The notes under the pieces were generated by a model. It saw only the letters and a list, made by a program, of their open reading frames with translations. It made no database searches and was not told the DNA's origin. Position numbers and translations under genes: made by a program. A DNA stretch of 61,023 bases, the filler included, from Stramenopiles sp. TOSAG23-3 (Eukaryota), in assembly GCA_900128585.1 (NCBI GenBank). It is 14 parts of 14 records of this genome, joined end to end, with 100 filler letters (N's around TTAATTAATTAA, not from the genome) between each part and the next. Parts side by side here need not be neighbours in the genome. Positions count along the whole stretch, not along the records: positions 21,901 to 26,166 come from LT643888.1; positions 26,267 to 30,529 come from LT643889.1; positions 30,630 to 34,891 come from LT643890.1; 11 more parts are not named here. The stretch is one strand, 5' to 3'. Below are positions 21,980 through 31,236 of this stretch, in pieces (position 1 is the stretch's first letter; each line of letters opens with the position of its first letter).

Positions 21980-23718
21980 TCTTTGGAAGCGACGGGTCCT
22001 CGTCGTGGACGATCGATGAGATTTCCGAGTACGTCCTTTCCCACGCGTCGAACGGTTACCGGCGCGCCCATTTCTCCGGATCGGCCAAGGGCAAAGGCCA
22101 AGTAGCTGCAGCCAGGGATCCGCGGGAGGCGTACTACAACTTCTTCGTGAAACGCGCGGAAATCCCATTTTACGGCGACGCGAACGGGCAGGCCGTGGTG
22201 GACGTCGACGTGTTGGCGGTCCCGCTCACTGCGGTCGGCGGGGGCGCGGGGCGAAAGATGACCGTCGGGGCGTCGCGAAAGAACCAAAAGTCAACATCCA
22301 ACGTGCTCAACCTCTTGGTAGTCACCATGAAGGACCGCTCGCTTCACGTCTACGACGTGGTGTCAAGGGAGCTGCTGACGGCTGTCGCCCCAGAGGGGGA
22401 AGAGTCGGGGGCGAACGCCCACAAGTCCGATTGCGTGTACTTTCATTTCGACGCGTTCTGCCTGACGACCAACGACGATGGAAGCGTCGCCGTGAACACA
22501 TTCACCATCTACAACGGGGGCAAGTTCGTGTCGGGGCACCGCTTGAGACTCAAGCCGCTGCCCGGGAAACAGCCCGCGGAGTTGAACGGGAGGACAATCC
22601 AAACCACCGAGGCCCACGCCAAGTTCGGGCTGGTGCCGCGCACTGGGATGTGGGTGCGCATCGAGTCGAAGACGTTTCGGGGCCCGGTCCCCGCCCCGGA
22701 AGAGGGCCCGCCCACCAGCCCGGGGGGGGCGGGAAATGGCGTCTTTGTCCGCATGGTAGGCTTGGGCCGCATGAAGATGATTTTAATCGGGGACACCAGC
22801 GGCGCGCTGGAGGTTTACTTCCGGAATGGGACGCTAAGCTACGTCTTTCCCGTCACGACGGAGAAGCCCATTTTGGCAATGACGCACTCCCTCGTCAACG
22901 TTGCCGTCTCGCACGGAAAGGCGGTCCATTTTTACAACCCGTCGCGCCACCAAGTATTCCAGCACATCTGCCACGGGGGCATGGGCGATATCGTCTCCCT
23001 CGCGTACGACAAGCTCTTGGCGCAAGTCCTGTACGCCGCAAGCGACGATGGAACGATTTACGTGTTCAACACGCGCTCCCGTACCAAGCGCGGGGTGGGT
23101 TGCCAGCTCCTGCACCAGCTGCGGGTGAACTTTACTGAAACGCTGTTTACTGCAAAAGGATACTTGGTGTCCGTCGGGAACAACGAGCTGAACATGTTCA
23201 ACACCAGCTCGATACTGGGGATGGAGCCCCCCGCGTTGATCGCAAGTCACCCTTTTCAAGATGGCAAGGCGAGGGGTGCGTCCATTTTCTCCATGACAAA
23301 CTTGGGGGACATGAAGACCCCCTTGGAGAGCATCTTTGCCATTTTGTTGGCCCCTTCACCCGGGGAGAAGTGTGATAAAGAGGCATGCCCAACTTTGAAA
23401 GTTGATCTCTTTACCACCTTGTTGAAGTACTCCCCGCCGACGAGCGGTGGGGACGACCTGGGCTGGTTTCGTGCCCCGCTAATGGTGATGGCCGTCATCG
23501 GCGTGTTCGTTTATCAACTGCAGGGGAAGAAAGGCGGGCGGGGCGGAGGCGCAAGCTTTCCTGGCATGCCTGGCATCGGGGGCGCGTTGAGCTCAAATGA
23601 AAAGGACGAGCTGAAGAGCGTCTTGGAACGTTACGGCGGGGCGGACGCTTTCGCGAACCGTCGTGGTGGCGGAGGAGGGCGCGGTGGCAGAGGCCGTCGA
23701 GGGTTTCCCCCCATGTAG
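21979..23718 (+). CDS. Beta-propeller (WD40-like) membrane protein with a single C-terminal TM, At1g75140-like; 5'-truncated
   Basis: GC-rich open frame from 21979 with no early ATG; ILIGDTSGALEVY, LYAASDDGTIYVF; TM WFRAPLMVMAVIGVFVYQL; RGG tail. The family name is a recollection of similarity only. Confidence 0.6.
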   Translation, partial: VFGSDGSSSWTIDEISEYVLSHASNGYRRAHFSGSAKGKGQVAAARDPREAYYNFFVKRAEIPFYGDANGQAVVDVDVLAVPLTAVGGGAGRKMTVGASRKNQKSTSNVLNLLVVTMKDRSLHVYDVVSRELLTAVAPEGEESGANAHKSDCVYFHFDAFCLTTNDDGSVAVNTFTIYNGGKFVSGHRLRLKPLPGKQPAELNGRTIQTTEAHAKFGLVPRTGMWVRIESKTFRGPVPAPEEGPPTSPGGAGNGVFVRMVGLGRMKMILIGDTSGALEVYFRNGTLSYVFPVTTEKPILAMTHSLVNVAVSHGKAVHFYNPSRHQVFQHICHGGMGDIVSLAYDKLLAQVLYAASDDGTIYVFNTRSRTKRGVGCQLLHQLRVNFTETLFTAKGYLVSVGNNELNMFNTSSILGMEPPALIASHPFQDGKARGASIFSMTNLGDMKTPLESIFAILLAPSPGEKCDKEACPTLKVDLFTTLLKYSPPTSGGDDLGWFRAPLMVMAVIGVFVYQLQGKKGGRGGGASFPGMPGIGGALSSNEKDELKSVLERYGGADAFANRRGGGGGRGGRGRRGFPPM

Positions 23719-24327
23719 GTAATTCTTTAGGACATTTGATAATTAAAGTGTGTACCGTATTTACCGTATGAGACAAAAGGACTCGATCGCTATTATTGTC
23801 TGTAATGAGGGTTTTACCATTAGGCTTATTAATATATATGGAGATACAGGATTATTAGTCGTCTACGAGTCTTAGAAATTAGAATAATATAAAAATAGCA
23901 AGGAGTCTTTTTCACACGCTGTTTTCATTTGCTTGAACGTGACTAAATTATAAATAGTATACATTGCTGTATAGCTGTTATATAAAATATTTTGAAGCAA
24001 TAAAGAAAAAGAACAAAACGGAATGAACTAAAAAAAAAAGAACAACTGTGAATAGCAAAAAGCCTTTCTTCTTTCTTCACTTTTTCAGAAGAAAATTTTC
24101 TTTTCAATGCTATATTAATATAATTCTCTTCTTTTTTTTTTATTATCCCTTTCCATACCCACCCCCACCAGCCATGTATGTACAAATACAACAATTTACA
24201 ATCACAGAAATCAATAAATAGAGTAAACGAACAATCGATTTAATGTACAGAATATTAAATCTTGCGAAAAAGATTATAAAATAACAGCTAAGATTGATAG
24301 TGTGCGTAAAGTGCGAGGCTAGAAGTA

Positions 24328-25677
24328 ATGAACGATAAAATGAAAACAGATCTGAGATTGGTTGCTGAGAATGATGATGATGGTGCGGGCAATTCAACGA
24401 GGGCACCGCTGACCGAACGCCAACAGATAATAATGGCAACTCGGCTATCGTTAACAGTAAATGCTAAAATACCAACAGTAAATGAGAAGAAACGGAAGAA
24501 AAAATCGGATTATGCGTTTGATACATCGGCAAAAAAGATAAAAACGTCGAGCAAAGAGCGTGGCTCAGCCATAGCAGAGACCTCTGCCAGAGATGTGGAT
24601 ACATCAGGCAGTGGAAGCGGGACGAACTCACCGCCAGAATCGTTGCCAGAACAAGAAATGTGCAAACAGTGTAAGAAATTGAAAACTCCACGTTTTTGGG
24701 GTAAAATGGTAAAACATCTCACCAAGGAATATAAAGAAACGTGGATGGAAAATACTAAGCGTGCGTTGACCAATAAAGGGCTTTGTTTACCGTGTACAAG
24801 AATGAAAAGTTTTAATTCCAACATTGCCGCCCAAACAAAGGTCGGAAACGAACATTTTCAGGAAGTTAACCTGAAACAAAGTGGCAATCGACTCGAGAGG
24901 AAAAAAACAGTAAAACTTTGGGTTCCTCAGAGTTCCAGTAAGTGGAGGGCTGGAGGCCCGAAACGCAGCAGCACCGGTGGCCGCTTCAGTGCCGGTGGCA
25001 GTAGCAACCGCTTCAGTGAGGACCAGCAGAGGCAAGAACGAGAGCTCGGAGAAGCCGTATCCTGGGTAGTGGGCAAGGGAGGGGAAAAAATCAAAATGAT
25101 CCAGGAAAAAAGCTGCACAACAATAACATGCGAAAAGACTTCCACGACCTGCTGCATCTGTGGTACTCGTGAAAATATTGAGAAGGCAAATAAGTTGATC
25201 GACGAAGCACTTAATTTACGGAAGAAATGGATGCGGAAATATTGTCAACAGGAGGTCACGTTTGAGATACCGGCGCATCACATTCACAATTTTCTTCGAG
25301 AGAACGGCACTATCATCAACGCCCTTCAGGAGGAGAGCAAAGCCCGCCTTCATCTCATACGACCACCAAACCGTTCCGAGAACAAGGACGCCCCGGGGAC
25401 AATGGTTATCAGGGGAACAAAGATCAATGTTTTAAAGGCAAAGGAGGGGATTAAGAAGTTGCTCTTCGAGCTGACGGTTGAGATACCGTCCGCTCGAGTA
25501 GGAAAAGTAATCGGAAAGAATGGCGCTAATATCGACGGCCTTCAGCGCAACAGCGGAGCCTACCTTCTCGTCCTCCCAAAAGAAAACCGCGGCCCGAGGA
25601 AAATGATTATCATGGGAACGGAGAGCAATGTTTTGAAGGCAAAGGATGGGATTAAGAAGTTGTTGGCCACGAGATGA
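24328..25677 (+). CDS. KH-domain RNA-binding protein (3 C-terminal KH domains)
   Basis: VVGKGGEKIKMIQEKS, degenerate FLRENGTIINALQEES, VIGKNGANIDGLQRNSGA; N-terminal UIM-like LTERQQIIMATRLSL and two CxxC pairs. Confidence 0.8.
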   Translation: MNDKMKTDLRLVAENDDDGAGNSTRAPLTERQQIIMATRLSLTVNAKIPTVNEKKRKKKSDYAFDTSAKKIKTSSKERGSAIAETSARDVDTSGSGSGTNSPPESLPEQEMCKQCKKLKTPRFWGKMVKHLTKEYKETWMENTKRALTNKGLCLPCTRMKSFNSNIAAQTKVGNEHFQEVNLKQSGNRLERKKTVKLWVPQSSSKWRAGGPKRSSTGGRFSAGGSSNRFSEDQQRQERELGEAVSWVVGKGGEKIKMIQEKSCTTITCEKTSTTCCICGTRENIEKANKLIDEALNLRKKWMRKYCQQEVTFEIPAHHIHNFLRENGTIINALQEESKARLHLIRPPNRSENKDAPGTMVIRGTKINVLKAKEGIKKLLFELTVEIPSARVGKVIGKNGANIDGLQRNSGAYLLVLPKENRGPRKMIIMGTESNVLKAKDGIKKLLATR

Positions 25678-26087
25678 GGATCAAATGTTTTGAAGGCAGA
25701 GGCAATAATTATTGAAGAGATTAATAAAAATCTTGAATTAAATACTTAATTAATATATAGTCTCTATAATATTGTATAAAATTAGCGAGCTGCGACCTCC
25801 CGCAAATATATTTCGGGCACAACGGGGGTGCCACACATTTATCTTTGCATGGTGTCAGGAAATGTTCTAACATGCAATAGGACCTTTTCTATTGTAGTAA
25901 AATATAATAATGGCTTAATAAGCCTTAAGCCTCATCTCACAGAGAAGCCTCTTCTTTCTAACTGCTGCCCTCCTCCTTACTACGGTACGGTACCTGGTAT
26001 AATACCAGGTACCTGGTACCAGGTACCGGTATTATTATCTACCTGGAACCGGTACCGGTACTATTCCTCCTTGGTCCTTGGTATTAC

Positions 26088-26166
26088 CGGTAGTATAATA
26101 ATCAGAAAAAAAAAAGAAATGTGATGAAATAATAATAATAAAAAATAGATCATCTCGATAGATATG
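26088..26166 (-). repeat. Right arm of 79-bp terminal inverted repeat
   Basis: Reverse complement of 21901-21979. Confidence 0.95.
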
Positions 26167-26266
26167 NNNNNNNNNNNNNNNNNNNNNNNNNNNNNNNNNN
26201 NNNNNNNNNNTTAATTAATTAANNNNNNNNNNNNNNNNNNNNNNNNNNNNNNNNNNNNNNNNNNNN
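26167..26266. other. Artificial contig spacer
   Basis: 44N-TTAATTAATTAA-44N. Confidence 0.99.
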
Positions 26267-26802
26267 GATTGAAATAATAATAATAAGTGGTGCTGTGATG
26301 ACATTGTATAAAAAAAATAAAATAATAATAAAAAAAAATGCGATCATTTTTGTGTGTGGTGTGTTGTTGTTGTTGTTTTATGTATGATATGCATATGATG
26401 AATGAACCACAGCAGCAGCAGCAGGCAGCAGAGTGGAATAATAATAATAATAAAATACTGTAATTAATACTGTAATAATTAGTATATTTTATTAATTAAA
26501 AACAAAAAAAAAAAAGAAGAAGAAGAAGAAGAAGAAGAAGAGAAAAAAGAAGAAGAAAAAAAAAGAAGTTTTTTTTATTTATTATTTATGGTCCACTGTG
26601 GGTGGGTCTGCAATAAAATATACTAGTACCGAAAAAGAAAAATGGCTATGTGTTATGATTACAAATTTAGATTGAAGTACCTTCCGAGTTAATTCCCCAA
26701 TTTAAAACGCCGTTTATCCTGAACATCTTGGAAGAACAAAGTGTTGACCAACGCAAAGAGATCCGCAAAAACTGACGTGTTGCTCCTTCTCCCGGACGTA
26801 GA

Positions 26803-27615
26803 ATGGATCTGACAGACAGTGAAGATGAGGCGGTTGCGGAGTACCAAAACCGGGGGTCGTTGGTTAAGTCGGAGCGCGAGATACAGGAAGCAGAGAAACA
26901 CCGCCTTTCAAAGTATGACAGCAAAGCAAAGAATCAATCCGATAAACGAAAACACTTGTTGCTACATGTGTTCAATAGGAGGAGGGAAGATTTTAATTCC
27001 GACAAAGAGTTTGACGCTTACGAGGAATACCGGGAGCTGACAATATGGCAAGAAATCAAGGGGTTTGACAAGTGGCAGTTTTGCAACCAGGGGGAATGGG
27101 CAGAGTTTGAAATCGATGAGATGAAACTGCTGTCGCAGCGAAAGATGGCAAAACGAGCTGTAAAGCTGGACTCGGGAAAGGTGGTGAACTTGAAAGACAT
27201 GGAGTGGTGCGACGAAGACGGGAACCGTGGCGAAGTGAAGAGGATCAGGACGGTGGACACAATACAGAAGGAGAAAGATAATTACAAAGCCGTGATTGAG
27301 AATAACAAATTGCTTCTCATGAACGAAGCGAACGAGCTTGAGGCAAAATTGGAAGAAGAGCGACGAAGGGACATTGAAAACCATGAAAAATGGAACAAGG
27401 AAGACCAAGAACTTACTGACGAAAAGTTTCGTGAACTGCATTTTGCTGGGGAAGACATTGACCCGTCGAAACAGCGGAATCGTTTCAGCAAAATCACCAA
27501 AGTGTTTGAGCAAAGGGAAAAGAGCGAGCTAGAGGGGTCATTGTTTATGTACGGTGGGACTGGGGCCGATGAGGTACCGAGGAAGAAAAAGGCAAAGAAG
27601 AAAAGTAAAGATTAA
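26803..27615 (+). CDS. MAT1 (CAK assembly factor)-like protein with inserted WWE-like domain, no RING seen
   Basis: KRKHLLLHVFNRRREDFNSDKEFDAYEEYRELTIWQEIKG matches the MAT1 central motif (FNKREEDF..EYNDYLE..E.IIFNL..G); followed by a coiled coil. Confidence 0.6.
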   Translation: MDLTDSEDEAVAEYQNRGSLVKSEREIQEAEKHRLSKYDSKAKNQSDKRKHLLLHVFNRRREDFNSDKEFDAYEEYRELTIWQEIKGFDKWQFCNQGEWAEFEIDEMKLLSQRKMAKRAVKLDSGKVVNLKDMEWCDEDGNRGEVKRIRTVDTIQKEKDNYKAVIENNKLLLMNEANELEAKLEEERRRDIENHEKWNKEDQELTDEKFRELHFAGEDIDPSKQRNRFSKITKVFEQREKSELEGSLFMYGGTGADEVPRKKKAKKKSKD

Positions 27616-27705
27616 ACATACACGAATACATATGTGGATTGTGTTTTACTTTCGTTCCTTTTGGATTACTAGTTATAAAAATCAACATTGTCTTTTTGTT
27701 TTTCG

Positions 27706-27900
27706 GTCACAGGCCAACCGTTCGAAGCTTCGCCAACTCCATTATACGTGTGGGATAATTTATGAAGCGCGTCTCACACACGCGGTCACATGGCAACCGT
27801 TCGAAGCTTCGCCAACACCATCATGTGGGGTGAATTTGGTAGCGCGCTTCAAACGCGCAGTCACAGGCCAGCCGGTCGAAGCTTCGCCAACTCCATTATA
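27706..27900 (+). repeat. Three-copy tandem repeat (periods 79 and 75 bp) with tRNA-like sub-motifs
   Basis: Core GTCACAGGCCAACCGTTCGAAGCTTCGCCAACTCCATTAT (with variants) at 27706, 27785, 27860. Confidence 0.9.
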
Positions 27901-28715
27901 TGGGATGGATCCTGAAATCCTGAAGCAAGAAGAGAGACTTAATTTATTCAATTATTTTTCTGAAGAAGTTTACCACTTTATTTCAATTATTTTATTTTAC
28001 AATACGTTTTTCAGTACTCACTATATATATATAACCTATTTACCATTATTGAAAACTTATAATATATATACATAGTACCAATATATTATGTACAAAATGT
28101 TCTATATAAATACTGATATAAGTATAAAATTACCTCGAACTTTTCTTCTTCTTTTGAATCACACAAATTTCCTTTACAGCTGCTATAGGCATAGTCAGTA
28201 TAATTTAATAATATTCAGTATTGAACGATGAAAGAGTTAAATCCCTCAAATTTCAATGCTGTGTAATGTATAAAGAAAAAGAAAAATGGGTTTTTTTAAT
28301 TTTAATAGAATAATGCGTGATTTTGTTCTTCAACCAAAATCCATTTTATAGTTACAACAAATGTTTATACTATATACAACATAGAAACAAAATACCACGC
28401 ACAACAACAAACAAACCATCACATAATTTTTTCTCGTGGTGATAATTCAGAAGTACATAGCTATAGTAGTAGGGAGGAGGAAGAGGAGAAGAAGAAGAGT
28501 CGATTTTTTTTATTTATTATTATTATTTTTTTAATAACGTCGTTTGTCCTCTTTTTTTTCCGTCAAGAGGTCCATCAGGCGATGCTTGCCATGAAAACAA
28601 CGAAAATAGACAAATTGGGTTTCTTCGCAGGTCATAATACAACAACAAAAGGAAAGATATCGAAGTAATTGTATGGAGAGAGGACAGTGACTTTTCCAAC
28701 GCCCTGCTACAGCAA

Positions 28716-30529
28716 ATGAGCGACATAACCCCTGCGCCCCCTCTGTCTCCGAGCCGTACCAGCTCTGGCTTTGTTAGTGTAACGGCGGACGCGCTTGCTG
28801 GTGCCCCTCCACATATTGAAAAGTCTGTCGTTGTAGAGAAGACGAGGGCTCATGTATTTACGATAAATGTCGGCACTGGGCGAACTATTGACCGTACCCT
28901 AGAGCAGTTTCAACAACTGCACGATTATTTAAAGTTTCGGTACCCAAAGTCCAGGCTCCCCGCGGACGTGCCGAAGCAGACGTGGGGGAATTTTTTAGGT
29001 GGATGGCAAGAGTCTATCAACAACACAATCCCGGAGCAGCTGAAAGGAAATATATCCGGCCTGACCTCTGCTGCCCGGGCGCTGGTCAATTTCGAAGATG
29101 TCCCGGAGGCGGCAGACCAGAGGGACAGAAGCCCCGCGCCCACGGATGCCACCCCGAGCGGGGAAGTTGACCGACCAACCTCGTTGGAGGAACATGTAAA
29201 TTATATGGAAGCTTCTCTTTCTTCGTATTTGGCATCGTTGAGGTCCGTGCCCGAGGCATGGGAGTGTCCCATGACGGTGCGTTTTTTTCAAGAAGAACAT
29301 TTCCGGCTAGGCAGTCGAAATTCTTCCTACCTCGTGGGCTTTTCGGCCCCAGCGGTTACTACCGAAACATTCTTGCTTCAGGCATTCCCCCGGAGCATTG
29401 TAGAGCTGGCCAACAAAGGGACGTTCGAGTTGGACGTACGTATTCGAGGAAAGCGGGACGTGCTCATTTGGGACTTTTGCGTTTTGGAGCATGACATTGG
29501 GTTCACCGTTCATTTCGACGATGGAACGGGTTCTAAACCGATCATGGAGAGGGAAGCAAACAAAGTAGTCAAGCGAAAGCCAAAAATGTCCCTCCCACAG
29601 TCGTTCTCCCCCTTGAGCAACGAAAAAGGATTCGAGGACATCGTCCAGGAAAAGTGCTCCAGCGACAAGTCGCAGTGGTCCCAAGTCTTGCCGTACACGC
29701 GGTACAATTCAGCTGAGTGCTGCCCGCCGGCGTCTATTCAGGGGCAATTTCAATCGGGGCGACCAGGGGTAGTTCGCCTGGAATGGGACAACACGTTCAG
29801 CATGCTGCGGTCGAAAACGTTGCGATACGTGGTGGAGGTGGTTTCGATGGAAGCCGTCGACGCCGCAGCCATGGCGGCAACGGATGCAGCGGCCCTGGAG
29901 GAATCGCAGGCACAAGGAAGAAAGCACGCGAATGAAGTAGCTACGGCGATGTCGCTTTCAGCAGGAAACGACCTCCACAGAAAGCACACCAACGGGAAAG
30001 GGGTGGTGACCAGCATGTCCAGCCAGGGCGTATTGGTGGAGCGGCTGGAGGAGATCGAGGATGCCCTGGGCGAGATGACGGCACTGCGGGATCAGGCCGT
30101 GTGTAAAACCAGGGTGGAGAAATCAGAGCGAGAGACGCTGCAAGTGATCCTGGTGGACACTCAGAACAGGCTCGAACAGTTGAAAAAAAAGCAAGGGGTT
30201 GAGGAAGCGGCAAAGGGACATCTCGAGGAGCAGTGCAAGGCTTTGAGGCTGGAAGTAGATGTGGAAAGGGCCAAGGCGCGCAAGTGTGAGTCGGAAGCTA
30301 AGGAAGCGAAGCGCGCGCTGTCTGCGTGTGAAAACACTCGAGACGTTCTAGAAAAGGAAAAACGGGACATTGCTCTGTCACAGCGACCAAAAGAAGAGGC
30401 TGAGGCCATGAAGGAGCAAGTAGACATGCTTAACCAGCGCGTTCAGGAGCAGCAGGCCAAGATAAACCGCTTAGAGCTTGACCTGTCCCAGGCATCAGAG
30501 AACAGCTTGGAAGACCAGAGCAAGATCGC
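28716..30529 (+). CDS. PX + GOLD + coiled-coil protein, 3'-truncated
   Basis: PX-like RTLEQFQQLHDYLKFRYPKSRLP..LSSYLASL..VRFF; GOLD LIWDFCVLEHDIGFTV..GVVRLEWDNTFSMLRSKTLRY; coiled coil runs off the contig. Confidence 0.75.
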
Positions 30530-30629
30530 NNNNNNNNNNNNNNNNNNNNNNNNNNNNNNNNNNNNNNNNNNNNTTAATTAATTAANNNNNNNNNNNNNNN
30601 NNNNNNNNNNNNNNNNNNNNNNNNNNNNN
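30530..30629. other. Artificial contig spacer
   Basis: 44N-TTAATTAATTAA-44N. Confidence 0.99.
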
Positions 30630-31236
30630 ACGGAAGTGTCTATGTACACAAATTATAATAATATCATATAGATCTAGATAGAGATACAGAGTTTGATTAA
30701 TAATAATTGGAGGATATTATGATTATTTATTATTATGAATGATGATGATGATGATGCCCCTCCTCCATCCTCCAGCCGCCCTTATTATTAATTAAAAATG
30801 TGCCGCCAGTCGTCGTGTTGTCGAAGAAGAGGAGGGCGGAGAAGAAACAAGAAGAAAGAAGAAGAAAGAAGAAGAAAGAAGAAGAAAGAAGAAGAAGAAG
30901 AAGAAGAAGGAAGAAGAAGAGGAAAGAAGAGGTCCTGCTGAGTGCTGAGTGCTGAGTGCTGCATCGTGTCATGTGCCACCATGACTTTGAACTTTGTTTA
31001 AGAAGAACTTTTGTTAAATTTTGTTTCTCCATAAAAAAGAGAGAAAGAAAGAAAGGAGGAAAGAAAGAAAGAAAGAGAAAGGTTAACTTTGTTCATATTC
31101 ATCTATCTGTTGTTGAAATTGTATAGATCGAGTTGTGTATCTATCTATCTATCTATCTATCGGCGTCGCGCAATACCATACTATACCATACCATACATTG
31201 CCAGACACGAAAACTGAGCGTATTCACACACGCAGT

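Noticed and set aside
27824..27895. Functional tRNA-Sec or opal suppressor gene
   Set aside because: Only the anticodon arm fits; no proper D stem, T stem or long variable arm. Kept only as tRNA-like.
27706..27900. CRISPR array (palindromic ~40-bp repeats with 35-39-bp spacers)
   Set aside because: Spacers resemble each other, repeats are degenerate, there are no cas genes, and the context is eukaryotic
27554..28075. 173-aa ORF across the tandem repeat
   Set aside because: GTG start overlapping the MAT1-like gene, AT-rich non-coding-like ends, and the first repeat period (79) is not a multiple of 3
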